64,000 bases of DNA from Gracilinanus agilis (taxonomy: Eukaryota): NCBI RefSeq assembly GCF_016433145.1, contig NC_058132.1:536023930-536087929 (forward strand), in the 5' to 3' direction. Positions 39,972 to 52,170 of this stretch are shown here, piece by piece. A model generated the notes under the pieces. It was not told where the DNA came from, did not search any database, and worked only from the letters and a program-made list of their open reading frames with translations. Every line of letters starts with the position of its first letter. The first letter of the stretch is position 1. The translations under genes and the position numbers were made by a program.

Positions 39972-40479
39972 CTAGACAAAAAATGAAGTAAAGGATGAAA
40001 GAACCTTATATCATTTTTTTCTCTGAAAAAGATTGATTCTGTTTTTTCCTCCAGTAGGGCTTCTAATGTCCAATATTTCCTTTTCTAGTGCTTCAAAATT
40101 CATGAAATTATAGTTGGGAAAAGGGAGTAAAATATATTCCCAAATTTCTCACTAGCTCAGGACTGTTAATAGTTGTTCAACCTCAAGGGCATAGCCTAGT
40201 ATTCTGATTATTCATATCCAGTTCAGATCACTCTGTCATTTATTCCTGGCATATAATATACCCAATGTAAATTGATCTTAGTACAAGCTTCTAAATTTCT
40301 TCTAACGATATCAGAAATAAGGGACTGACATCTAGCACACTCAAGCCCCCTTTCTTAGGAATAAAGAACAAGGACGTGACTTAAATTCATAAAGATGATT
40401 GCATGAATACCTCCTTTACATTTTAATAAGCATATATTATTGGGGTAGTTGAGTGGTATTCAATTGCAATGACTCTTGA

Positions 40480-40697
40480 TGTTAGCTAGATGGTATAAGT
40501 AGATAGAACACCAGTCCTGGGGTCAGAAAGACCTGAGTTCAAATCTGACCTCAGATACTTACTAGCCCTGTTTGCCTCAGTTCCTTATCTGTAAAATGAG
40601 CTGAAGAAGAAAATGGTAAACCACTTCAATAACCTTGCCAAGAAATCATTGTATGAGGTCACAAAGAGTTGGACATGATTGAAAAATCACTGAACCT
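40480..40697 (+). mobile_element. MAR1 SINE (CORE plus RTE-derived tail)
   Basis: Head/core followed by 'gaagaagaaaatggtaaaccacttcaataaccttgccaagaaa...gtcacaaagagttggacatgattgaa'. Confidence 0.8.
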
Positions 40698-41189
40698 AAA
40701 TGTTATTCCTTTCTCCTTGACTACTTTCTAGTTTCTTTAGTTAAAATTCATTTATCTCCTTAATTGTCCAAAAATTTATGTAAAAAAATGTGTGTCTGGA
40801 TAAGGGACTGGACCTTAAAGAGTTGCCGAGAGTAATGAGGATTTAAATGACTTTTTCAACAACATCCAGCCCAGTATGTTTCAAAGACAGGACCTAAATC
40901 CAGTTGGAATTAAATCTAAGGCCATTGCTAAATCCTCTGCTCTGGCAGATCAACTTTGGATTAACAAGTACTAAACAGAGTTATGAGGCTATATCTGAAA
41001 AATCTGTTTCCCACACTGTTAAAAATAAACAAAACAAAACAAATAAAAACTAAATAAAATGACAAATTTCCTTGGTTCTACCTTGAGAAATAGGCTAAGA
41101 CATAACACCAGACTTGCTACTTGTTATGGGAGATAGAAAAAAGATAATCTACAACACTACTGGCTTTTTTCAAGGGGGATTATACCAAA

Positions 41190-42060
41190 AGGGTTTTTTT
41201 TTTATAGTGATGTTGTTTTTTTCTAAATTTGACAAGAATCTATTTTCTTTCTCTTGCAATTCCCTACCCCAACCTAATAATGGAAAAGAAAAAGGAAAAA
41301 GAAACAAGAAAAATCATTCTTAACAGATGGGCATAGTCCGGTAAAAACAAAATGCTGAATTGACCATGCCCAAAAGATATATCATTCATTCTATATGTTA
41401 CCGAGAGGTAATTATTATTTATAATCATAGTAATTGTTGCACCTATCTGATAATTAATTGTACTATCCATTGTAGTGTATGTAACTGGGAGGGAGGAAAA
41501 GTTTATCTGTTAAGATCAATGTATCTGTCAAAATGGTATTTATTTATTTATTTGTTCGTTTATTTCCTTGCTTACTTATTCATTTATTTTTTTTAGGAAG
41601 AAAAAGAGAAGAGAATATATTTTAATTGCACTCTGAATCCATTTGTTCTTTTTCTGGAGGTGGATGACATGTTTCATCATGAGTCCTTTGGAACTGTGGT
41701 TGGTCATTATAGTGTACATTATTCAGTCTTTCACAGTATTTCTATATAAATGGTGCTTCTTGTCCTGCTCATTCACTCACTTCACTTCACATAAATTTAT
41801 ACAAATCTCGAGTTTTTCAGAAACTACCCCTTTATCATTTCTTATAGTACAGTAGTTTTCCATCACAATTTATATAGCATAACTTGTTAAGCCATTTCCC
41901 AATTGATGAGCATCCCCTCAATTTCCAGTTCTTTGCCACTATGAAAAGAGCTGCTATAAATATTTTTCCACACATGGGTTCTTTCTTTGATTTCTTTGGC
42001 ATATAGACATACTAGGGATATTACTGGCTCAAAGGGAAAGCACAATTTAATAACTTTTAG
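41190..42060 (-). mobile_element. L1 3' fragments
   Basis: 'cataacttgttaagccatttcccaattgatgagcatcccctcaatttccagttctttgccactatgaaaagagctgctataaatattt'. Confidence 0.75.
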
Positions 42061-42319
42061 CTTTTCCTTCTTTTTGATATATTCTTGGCCTGTCTCCTTT
42101 TCTAGACTTCACATTTCCTATGTAATATTTTTTGTCATTTCTTTTATATGTCATCCTTTATACTGTGTTTTAGTCTCCTTATACCCATTACACTCCTCTT
42201 CGTTGTCCTTTGGGTCACCTCTAATTTTAATTCTTCAGTGACTATAATATTCCACAGTTTTCAATCATAAAGCATCAATAAATAAATATATTAATGTCAA
42301 AACATTTTTTCTTAAGTGT

Positions 42320-42800
42320 AAGGGAGCAGCTTGGGATAATTGAAAGCACTGCACAATTGATCAAACTCAACAAACCCAGCACATTCTCTTCCTTTTGTTC
42401 AATTTTTTACCCAGCTTATTATCCAGCTGATGATTCGCTCCATGATATATGTGCTGATGGAGTAATTTGATTGGCTGTCCATCCAATTTTGCATACCATA
42501 CTGAGGTCAATAGGTATTCTTCATTCATTTGGCTTTTCATTTTAGATTGTTAGGTAGATCTCTTTGGAGTAGTCATAAAACTCATTGTGATCTGGGTTTG
42601 GCTGCAGTCAGCATAAACTACATAAATAGGATCATATGTAGGTCATCATCATTTTTAGGGAATTCCTCTTTCATAAGAACTCTCTATAGGCTGTTCTCCA
42701 TGACAGTAGTTAACGCTGTTGGCAAATGGTTTTATGTCTAGTTTTATGCCTTGCTTGATGTTAATAATCAAATAATTGTTGAACAAAATTACTTTTTGGT
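42320..42800 (-). mobile_element. RTE-clade LINE ORF fragment
   Basis: Reverse complement 'attattaacatcaagcaaggcataaaac...ttaactactgtcatggag...ggatggacagccaatc' resembles the RT region of the family seen at 170-860. Confidence 0.65.
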
Positions 42801-42884
42801 TTCATTAGTCAGAGAATCCTATATTATTATCATTTAAGTTTTTCCTTTGTTTTTGTATAACCTTTTTTTTTTTTGCAATTCTAT

Positions 42885-43370
42885 CAGCAACATTTATTCA
42901 ACAAATATTTATTGAGCACCTAGAATGTGTTAAAAACATTATGCTTGTACAGTACTTTACAAAGCGCATGTCCACATTATTGAACACATATATGAAGTGG
43001 CATGATATAGTTAAAAGAACACTGGATTTGTGCTTAGAAGATTCAGATTTGAATACCAGTTCTCCTACTTACTATATTGTGAGGCCTTGGGCAAATCATT
43101 TCACTACTCAAGGCCTTGATTTTCTCATCTGTTAAATAAGGAAGTTAGATTAGAAAATCTTCTAAGAATTTTTTCCAACTCTAACGCCTACAACCCTAAA
43201 GATTAATTCATTTAATCTTTGCAACAACCCTGCAAGATAGGCAAGAAAGCTATGACACATGTTTCAGAAAAGAACAACTAATCAAAGTCATCAAGTCAGG
43301 TGGTAGACACAGGCCTAGAATCCAAGTCTTATGGCACCCAATCCATTGCATTTTCTACTATCTGTTACTG
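42885..43370. mobile_element. L2 3' end (about 42885-42940) and two MIRs (about 43000-43190 on +, 43200-43370 on -) inside the retrocopied 3'UTR
   Basis: 'caacaaatatttattgagcacctag', 'gggcaaatcatttcactactcaaggccttgattttctcatctg', 'tcatttaatctttgcaacaaccctgcaag'. Confidence 0.7.
42893..42898 (-). terminator. AATAAA polyadenylation signal of the retrocopied mRNA
   Basis: tttatt on +, 18 nt from the poly(A) tail, inside an L2 3'-end remnant. Confidence 0.85.
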
Positions 43371-44125
43371 TCTATGACACTTTATCATTGGCAAAGTTTG
43401 GGTTTTTAGTGGGGCCTTTAGTTAGAAGAAAATGTTATTAAACTATATCCTTTTGAAAAATATCTATTGAGTATAAATACATTTAAGTGTTTGGATAGAA
43501 TTTCATTAATGATTACAACTCAATTGTAATACTGAAGAAACTTCGGAATTAAAACTTTATCCAAGTTTTTAAAAAAGCATAAGAAGAGAACCAATTTATA
43601 TACTGAAGATAGTGATGATTCACTGACATGAAGACACAACAAAATCTATATCTTAATTAAAGACTTATTTTAAATTAATGTCTGATTTCACAATAGTATG
43701 CATATATGAACTATAAGAATTATAAGAATGGTGCAAAATAGTTTCATAATCTTGATAATGATGTAGGTCTTGTAAATATATCATTTTAAAAATCAAGATA
43801 TCAAGAAATTAAAAGAATTTAAAGAAGTCACATATCATTGGTTTTACTTATTTCAGAAATATAAATAAATGAAAACAGAAGTCCTATACAACCACCAATA
43901 TTTTACAAGTTTTCTTTTGTAAGACAGAAGGAATTTTTAAATCTTATACAAGAAATTTCCTATTAAATGAATGTATCCTCTAAATGAAAAAAAATTAGTT
44001 TACTAAACTTTTCAGGGAAAGGTACAAGAATATGCAAATTGTTATGGTGAAATTGGAAAGGCAAAATATTTCCCAGGTTCCCTAATTTCTGTTTATTATA
44101 CATATGTACTGTTGTAGACATAGCT

Positions 44126-44785
44126 CTATGTAGCTGGAATCTGTGGCAGTCCAAATTCATCCACCAGCACACCATCCTTGTTTTTTGCATCACTGGGAAC
44201 ACCTTCAGGAATTGCCGGTGCAGATGCCGCCTCATCTAAGTAAGAGCTGTCTTCATCAGCTAATAGTTCATCACCCAGTGCATCCAATTCTGCCTCTAAG
44301 TCATCTTCATCAATCTCTGGAGTTCCATAACTCCGGCTCAGAGCCTCTTGGATTTCATTTGCATCTTCCATCATATCTTCTAACTGGTCTTGTATATCCT
44401 CTATTTGGTCAATTTTAACTTGCTTGTATGCTTTCTTCATTTCTTTAACACCTAATTTCATAGCATCCACCGTTGTTTTAGTGTCTTTCAGTGACTGGAT
44501 AGTATAATTTGCTTGTTCCATATTAAAAGACTGTTGTGAAAGATTGTCCCGTTGTTGTTCATACATTCTTTTCTGCTTTAACACTCTCAAGGCTTTCTGT
44601 TTTACCATATTCTTTGCAGGTCCTTCTCTCATCTTTTTTATCTGATCTTTATATTTTACTAGCTCGGAATCAAGTCTTGAAATCTTCTTGTCAATTGATT
44701 CTGCCCTGCTATCAACCGTGCCTATACAGTCTGTCAGGCTGGGTGGTGGAGCCTTGGGCTTTGCTTTGCCGAAGAATCGATTCAT
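44126..44785 (-). CDS. CHMP5: Charged multivesicular body protein 5 (ESCRT-III, Vps60 orthologue), intact intronless 219-aa ORF
   Basis: [22 protein letters not shown]...[16 protein letters not shown]; same length as, and by recall near-identical to, mammalian CHMP5; no stops or frameshifts; expression unknown. Confidence 0.95.
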   Translation of the reverse strand: MNRFFGKAKPKAPPPSLTDCIGTVDSRAESIDKKISRLDSELVKYKDQIKKMREGPAKNMVKQKALRVLKQKRMYEQQRDNLSQQSFNMEQANYTIQSLKDTKTTVDAMKLGVKEMKKAYKQVKIDQIEDIQDQLEDMMEDANEIQEALSRSYGTPEIDEDDLEAELDALGDELLADEDSSYLDEAASAPAIPEGVPSDAKNKDGVLVDEFGLPQIPAT

Positions 44786-45204
44786 TTTTTCAGCTACAAA
44801 AGGTCTAAGCAGGAAGAAACAGAAGAGTCTCTGAAAAACCGCTTTGTATAACCTTTTAATCCCAGTATATACCTCTCTAAATCAATGTTATCTTCATGAC
44901 AAAAATGTTTTTTAAAAAGAGAAAACAAAAATAGCTCAGCAAAACATTAATATACCAATAAAGTATGAGCATTAATAGTATGTTCCTCAGATGTAGTTCC
45001 CTTCCTCTTAAAAAAGAGAGAGAAGTGCTTTCTCATATCTCCTCTTGTGGGATAAACTTGATTATTATCATTGTACAACATTCAGATTCAGTTTATTATT
45101 ATTAGTTCTAATTATATTGTTGCAGTTGTGTAGATTATTACCCAGTTACTTGGCATGAGTTCTTTTAAATCTTTCTCTGCTTCCTTATATTCTTCATATT
45201 TGTT

Positions 45205-45440
45205 GTTCTTCAATTATTTCAGTCATGTCTAACTCTCCATGACCCTATTTGGGGTTTTTTGGCAAAGATGCTGGAGTGATTTGCCATTTCTTTCTGCAGC
45301 TCATTTTTCACATAAGGAAATGGAGACAAAGAGAATTAAATGACTTGTCCAGGGTCACATATCTTGGTAAGTATCTGAGACAGGATTTGAACTCCCTGAT
45401 TCCAAGCCTGGTGATCTACTTACCATACCACATAGCTGCC
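45205..45440 (-). mobile_element. MAR1 SINE
   Basis: 'ttggcaaagatgctggagtgatttgccatttctttctgcagctcatttt...gacttgtccagggtcac'. Confidence 0.8.
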
Positions 45441-45748
45441 TCTATTCTTCATATATATAATTTCTTACTGCCCAATGATAATCACATTCATGTATCTCAA
45501 ACTGGTTAGCTATTCTCCAATCAATAGGCATTTACTTTATTTCTGCTTCTGTTTGCCTCCTCAGAAAGAGCTGCTATAAATATTTTGATATATATTGGAT
45601 CTTTCTTTCTCTCTTTGATTTCCTTCGGGTATATGTCTCAAAATGTAATCTCTAGGTAAAAGTCACATTTTAGTCTCTTTCTTAGCATAGTTCTAAATTG
45701 CTTTCTGGAATACACGGACCAGTTCACAGATCCTGTAATGATATACCA

Positions 45749-46068
45749 CAGTGATTCCAAACATTTTTGGCCAACCACTCCCTTTCCAGAAAAAAAATAT
45801 TACTTAGCGCCACCTGGAAATTAATTTTTTAAAAAATTTTAATAGCAATTAATAGGAAAGATATATGTATTAACATTTCTACCTTTTTCATAAAATATAG
45901 TAAAGAAAGGTATAAATTAGAAACATTGAACTTTGAAATTATGAAACTATTTATTGAACTCAGAATAGAATGTAATACAACAAAAGTTAAAATCGTTGGC
46001 CATCACCACCCCCCTGGATTCCTGCAGCACCCACCAGGGGATAGTGGCACCCACTTTGGGAATCACTG
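45749..46068. mobile_element. Non-autonomous hAT (Charlie-type) element, 320 bp
   Basis: TIRs cagtgattccaaa / tttgggaatcactg; 8-bp TSD atatacca / atataaca (7/8). Confidence 0.85.
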
Positions 46069-48329
46069 ATATAACACATTGTTGAGCAGTCTTTCAGGCT
46101 GCATTTGCTCCTTTGAATTAAATACTATTTTGAAAGAAAAAAAATTACTGTGTGTGGAAGACAGTTTGAGGATCTTAACTGATGCTTTAAGTTCTTATCT
46201 TCTTTCCCTCTCTATCCAGAATATCGGTGTCCATCACAATTTTGCCCCGGGCAGGCAGTTGTGGTCATGGTAGATGGGGAGGCATGTGGTTCTGGTCACA
46301 CTGGCTGCTTCCTCAGATTCTACCATCTCATCTTCTCATCCCCTTGTTCTGCAGTCACACCAGATCTTTGCTGGAAGGCCATTACCTAAAATTAAGACAG
46401 TCTGTTCCCAAGAGCAAAAGAGAGAGCCAACTTACTATTTAAAATGATTATTCTTCTTGTTGTTCACACATTTTTAGTCATGTACAACTCTTTTTGATTC
46501 CTTTTTGGTCTTTTCTCAGCAAAAATACTATCCCATAATACTTTTCTCAATTTGATGGATTTTATTATGATATTTTAAAATTTAATTTTCCCCATTTACA
46601 ATATTTGAGTTGTTTCTTTTTGGCTGTTTGCAATATTTTCTCCTTGATCTGGGAGTTCTGGAATTTGGCCTTAATATTCCTGGGAGTTATCCTTTTAAGA
46701 TCTCTTTCAAGAGGTGATTGGTGAATTCTTTCAATTTACATTTTACTGTCTGGTTGTGGAATATCAGGACAGTTTTCCTTGATAAATTATTTTAAGATAT
46801 TAATTTCTTCATTAATTTTTGGACTGCCTTTTATGAGCTGTTGTCTCCTTTTTCATGATTTTTCTGTTTCATTGCCATTTATTTTTCCATTTTTCTTCTA
46901 TCTCTCTTATTTGATTTTTAAAACTTTTTGAACTCCTCTATTAATTCTTTCTGGGCTTGAGACTAATTCATTTTCTCTGAGAGGCTTTGGATATAGTAGT
47001 ATTAATTTTGTCACTTGCTTATGGAGTTATGTTTTGGTTTTCCCTATCACAAAAATAACTTTCTAGTTTGAGTTTATTTCTTTTTTTTTCTCATTTTCCA
47101 GACTTCTTTTCTTTTAATTGAAAAAAAAAATGTTAAAATTGGGCTCCATAGCTGTGGTGGAGGAAGTATTGTTTCAAGTTTCAGTTTCTTTGTGCAAGTA
47201 CCTTCAGAACTGGTACTGGGCATTTATCTACTTTCAGTTCTTCAAAGGTGATATGATGTAAGAAGAGGTATATTTGATATTCTCCCAGTTTGTGCTCTTG
47301 GCTGTGAGATGCCACAAGCATTCTTTTTCCCATTGGAACTGTGACCAAGGTTCCTTGCTTCCTTGTGGCTGCAAGTGCTTGTCTGTGCTTGTGCTCCTCC
47401 TCACCCTGAGACCATGACTCAAAAAGGTAACTTGGATCTGTGTAAGGGAAATGCAACAAGAATCACAGAAAATCAAATCTGGAGACAGGAAAGAGAACTC
47501 TGTAATCCCCTTTCGAGTGATTGTCCAACCCCCTTACATATGTGGCTAAAATCTCTTCAGGAAGCTAATGTTGCTGAATCAGCTGTTCCCAATGCCTTTT
47601 GACTTGTTGGGTCCTAGTTTGGCATGTTGCTTTACCCTCTATTTCCACCTTGGTGCCATAGATGTTTCGTCCCGGTTTCTAAGTTCTTTTGGGCCAAAAA
47701 ATGGTTTCACCCCAACTTTTTGTGGGTTATGCTGCTTCAGAATTTGTTTTGAGCTATTATATCATTGTTGTTTGGAGGGTGATTTGGTAGAGCTTAGATG
47801 GGTCTGTGTGCCGTCTATGCCTTTTTGGCTCAATCCTATTTAATGACACATTTAGCTTATGCGTAATTTCTCATTCTTTGGGAAAAAAATCTTGACCTAT
47901 CTCCTACATTTTTTAGCCCAACATTGCAAGGCATCGGACATTCTTACCAGCCTTTATTAGGTATATTCTGTCCCTGGATTACTGAATGGCTGAAATCTAG
48001 AAGTTAATTTTTTCAAGACACAAAGTGAAAAAATAGATTTTTTTAAAAACAGTGAACATATGGGTAATGAAGTAATATCTGAGAATAGAATATGGACTTT
48101 TGCATCCTAGTCCCTCATGGTAAAATAGCAAAAAAAATAGTCTTGAACTGAGATGATCTCTCTTTGTTTCATACTTATGGCATTTACTATTTGACATTGA
48201 AATTATTTTTAAGCCTCAGATTTTTTCTTTTACAAAATGGATATATAATTTTACCATAATGCATTCTATATAATTCCTGTTAGAAAAAATTCATGTAAAA
48301 CTTTAGATACTATATAAATTAGAGATATA

Positions 48330-48560
48330 ATAGCTAGAAGTACAGCTTCAATTTGATGCAATTATCATAACAATAATAAGTATTTGTTAAGCCAGGCATT
48401 GTGCTAAATGATGCAGTTTCAAATGCAAGCAAAAATAGAGTCCTTGCTCCCAAGGAGCTACATTCTAATGAGAGAGAGTAACACACAAAAGGGAAGTTAA
48501 AAGCAGAGTGGAATGAAAGCAAGGAAGGGAAATGGCTCCAAGGAGAATGGTGATGAAGTC
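48330..48560 (-). mobile_element. L2 3' end
   Basis: 'tatttgttaagccaggcattgtgctaaatgatgcag...ccttgctcccaaggagctacattctaatg'. Confidence 0.7.
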
Positions 48561-49959
48561 TTAAGAATGAAGGATGGCTAGTCTGGGCCCTTCTTTAAAA
48601 TGAAGATTATGAAATGTACTATGTAGAGAAGGGGACTGTGGGGAAAGAGTGGAAAATTCAGAGAGAAAAATGTCTATTTTGGTCCTTTCTCAGAATGGAG
48701 ATTCCAGTTGGAATTCACAAATGATATAACATTATGAAACTTTCAGCAATTACTAATTATTAATAATTAGCAATTATTAGTTTAAAAATTTAGCATTATA
48801 TTTCTGTAAATTGTTTTACATCTCAATTTGTATGATGATAAACAGTATTAGAAACAGAAGTTTTCCACCACTATTTTTGTAACTCTTAATTTTTTAAAGC
48901 AGTTAACAAAAAGACATTTACTTTGCTATTACTCAGCAAGGATATGAAATAAATAGTGACCCCTCCCTCAACCTCTCCTAAACATATGGAAATTTATCTG
49001 ATTAGTAAGTCCGATCATTGTGACTCACATAGTTTTCAGAAATCCAAGTCAGAAAAACATGAGATTCTCATAGGTGGAACTTTTTATGCCGTTAGGGGCA
49101 CCAGAAGGGGACTAGAATGATCTGTCAAGGGAGGTAGAGACCAATTAGTTTCCAGGAATAACCTTATTGCCTTGCAGGGAAACTAATCCCTGTTGAAGGC
49201 AAATGGGGGAAACCTGTTCCCATCAGACTTTTTTTGCTTGGGACCACAGAACAACTAGGTTGGGGCAATGAATGGAAGAAGATGAAGTGAATTTTTGGCT
49301 TGATATATCAGAGATTCCTAATAAATAGCAGCACTAAAAAGTAGCAGGGATTATCTTTAGTAGGGGCTGTTGGTCATGTCTACAAGTAGAGGCTGGGTGA
49401 TTATCAGAGGTATGATAAAAGAAATTCTATCTGTGAGGACAATCCCCAACTCTACAAATCTATGAAGCTCTAATAGGGTTAACTCTCTACCTCTCCCCTG
49501 ATTTCAATTTCTGCATTTCTAGCTGTCTGATAGACATTTATCTCCATCAAGGTATCCAAGTACCATCTTAAATTCAACATTTTCTGAGAAGATGACACAT
49601 GTAACTCCAAAGAAGTTTTCTATTATTAGGGCAGTTAGAAAGAGTCTACATAGAGGGCATGAATATGAATGAGTTGATTATGTTGGAATAATCTCAAAAA
49701 ATTAAGAAGTGAGAAATGATTATACTGAGCAAGGGGAAATGGAGAGGAAAAACGAGGGGAGTTAGTTCACATAAAAAACACAAGGTAAAACTTATAAAGG
49801 AGAAAAATGGGGGGAGGTGCTTGAATTTAATTTTTGTTGTAATTGGCTCTAAGATATTATTCCAACATAATTAACTCATATCCATGCCTTCTTCCCATAT
49901 TGAAATGTGAACAGTTTAATCTTATTGAGTCTCTTATTATTTCTCTTTCATATTTTTTT

Positions 49960-50340
49960 TTACTTCTCATGAATCTTGGATTTGAAAGACAAATTTTATG
50001 TTCAACTCTAGTATTTTCAAGAATGCTTGAAAGTTCTCTATTTTCGATCTACTGCCACAGGAGTAACTGATGGAGTCTGAATGGAGATTGAAGCATTCTT
50101 CTCTTTATTTCCTTCATGAATTTTTTCTCCAGTGCAGGAAATATGTGTCTTCTTTCACAATATGATGAATATAGAAATACATGTTGTATGATAACACATC
50201 TAACACTTATATCATATTACCTGCCATTTTGGAGAGGGAGGATGGGATAGAAGGGAGAGTGAGCACATGGATCTCAAAATGTCAAAAAATGATTATTAAA
50301 ATAGCATAAATATGTAACAAAAGAAAAAAGAGAAAAATCC
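49960..50340 (+). mobile_element. L1/HAL1 3' end
   Basis: 'ctactgccacaggagtaactgatggagtctgaatggagattgaagc...acatggatctcaaaatgtc' then an A-rich end. Confidence 0.7.
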
Positions 50341-50379
50341 TCTATTTCATTGAATATTAATTCCTTCTCCTCCCCTCAA

Positions 50380-52170
50380 ATAATTATACTCAGTTTTGTG
50401 TGATAGGTTATTTTGGGTTATAATCTCAGCTCTTTTGCCTTCTGAAATATTGTATTCTAAGCTCTCTGCTTCTTTAACATACAAGCTACTAAATCATGTG
50501 GGATCTTTACTATGGCTTCATAGTAAGTGAATGTCATCTTTCTGGCTATTTGCAATATTTTTTCCTTAACCTGAGAACTCTGGAATTTGTCTATGATATT
50601 CCTGGGGAGTTTAATTTTTGGTACCTGTTTCAGGAGGTGACTGATAGATTCTTTCAATATCTATGTTGTCCTCTGGCTCTACAATATCTGAATGATTTTC
50701 CTTTTTAATTTCTTGAAATATGATTATTTGGCTATTTTTTAATGTGGCTTTAACTTAGTCCAATAATTCCTAAATTATCTCTCCTGGATCTATTTTCCAG
50801 GTCATTTGTTTTACATTGAGATATTTCACATTTTCTTCAATTTTGTTTTCACTTTTTCCTTTCTTTTATAATTTCTTGATGTTTCATGAAGATATTAACT
50901 TCCACATTCCCAATTTTAATTTTTAAAGAGGTTTCCCCATTTTGTTTTGTTTTTCCCTCAGAGGGTTTTGGGACCTCCTTTTCCATTTGTTCAGTGCTAT
51001 TTTTAAGAAAGTTTTTTTTTCTTCAGTGAATTTTTGCTTCTTTTATCATTTGGTTAATCCTATTTTTTATATCCTTACCTTCTATATTAGAATCAATACT
51101 AAGTATTAGTTCCAAGGTAGAAGAGCACTGAGGGCTAGGCAATTATAGATAAGTGCCTTGCACAGGGTCACACAGCTAGGAAGTGTCTGAGGTCAGATTT
51201 GAATTCAGGAACTTCTATTTCTAAGCCTATGTCTCTATCCACTGAGCAACTCTGATGCCCCTTGATCCTATTTTTAAAAGTAGTTTATTTAGTATGTTTT
51301 AATGATTCTTTTAACAATATAGTTTTGTTTTCCTTATTTTCTTTTATTGCTCATTTCTTTTTCCTACTTTTCATCTTTAATTCTTTTTCTTTATATTTTC
51401 TAGGAATTCTTGTTATGCTTAGGCTATGCTTGCTATGATATGCATCTTTTCTTTTGACTCTTTGCTTACAGCTGTTTTCACATTGTGGTCTTTTGAATCT
51501 TGTTATTCCCTGCTGCCATCATTGCTTTTTATTATCAACTTTCTGGTTTTTGTTCATTTTCAAACCTATTTTTTGACTTTGTACTTCATATTAAAGTTGG
51601 GCTCTATTCATATGGAGTGGTGTTGCTTTTTTCAAAGCTAATTCTGAGAGTTGGCATGTTCTTTAAAAGTGGTGTAATCTGTAGGGAGATGTAGTCACTG
51701 CTTTCCTGGTTTTGGCTTTAGTCTTTATCCTGTTCCCTGCTGCCACAAGCACTACTGCCCTTCCCTTCCTAGGAACTGTCATTCAAAGCTGTTTTTGAGT
51801 GATAGAATTACCAAACAGTACCTGATCCTGCACTCAGTGCCAGTAAAAGGACCTCTGTAACCTCTTCTTGACCAGATGATTTACCTTCTTATTGTTTCTG
51901 GCCTGAGACCTCCAGAAAGTGCTACTATCTTGGTCACAGCTTACTTTATTGGAGGTCCATCATATTTGGTATTCTAACTGGTGTACTCTAGGCTGGCCAC
52001 TCTGGTGTCATAAACTTTTTTAGGGACTTCTTAAGTTAAGTTAGGCTGGAAAAAATGTTTCACTCCAACATTTTGTTGACTCCGCCTCTTCAGAATTTGA
52101 TTTGAGGTGGTATTTTAAAGTTGTTTGGAGAGAAATGTTGAAGAGTTTAGCAGGGTTTCTGCCTTTGAAA
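50380..52170 (-). mobile_element. Old L1/HAL1 5' part (5'UTR plus ORF1)
   Basis: Homologous to 46560-47830 (compare 50540-50700 with 46620-46780; 52050-52150 with 47700-47800). Confidence 0.7.
51068..51261 (-). mobile_element. Older SINE1_Mdo-type SINE nested in L1
   Basis: Full head-to-tail; TSD atcctattttt at 51057-51067 and 51265-51275. Confidence 0.85.

Larger units (their letters stand above)
42863..44842 (-). other. CHMP5: Processed CHMP5 retrocopy, near full-length mRNA (5'UTR 44786-44842, CDS, 3'UTR 42875-44125, poly(A) 42863-42874)
   Basis: Intronless; T12 on +; identical 15-bp TSD tttgtataacctttt at 42852-42866 and 44843-44857; minus-strand target att|aaaagg fits the L1 endonuclease TT/AAAA site. 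Confidence 0.93.
44860..47830 (-). mobile_element. Old L1/HAL1-like element (5'UTR about 47250-47830, ORF1 about 46560-47200, 3' region about 44860-45735) with nested insertions
   Basis: Antisense ORF1-like 'tggctgtttgcaatattttctccttgatctgggagttctggaatttggcc'; 3'UTR-like 'gagagaagtgctttctcatatctc'; no ORF2 body seen between them, so HAL1 is possible. Confidence 0.55.

Noticed and set aside
43963-44808. Overlapping ORFs 43963-44235, 44143-44418 and 44536-44808
   Set aside because: Alternative-frame or antisense shadows of the CHMP5 CDS
50457-50708. 66-70-aa ORFs
   Set aside because: Remnants of L1 ORF1 and its antisense, not host genes
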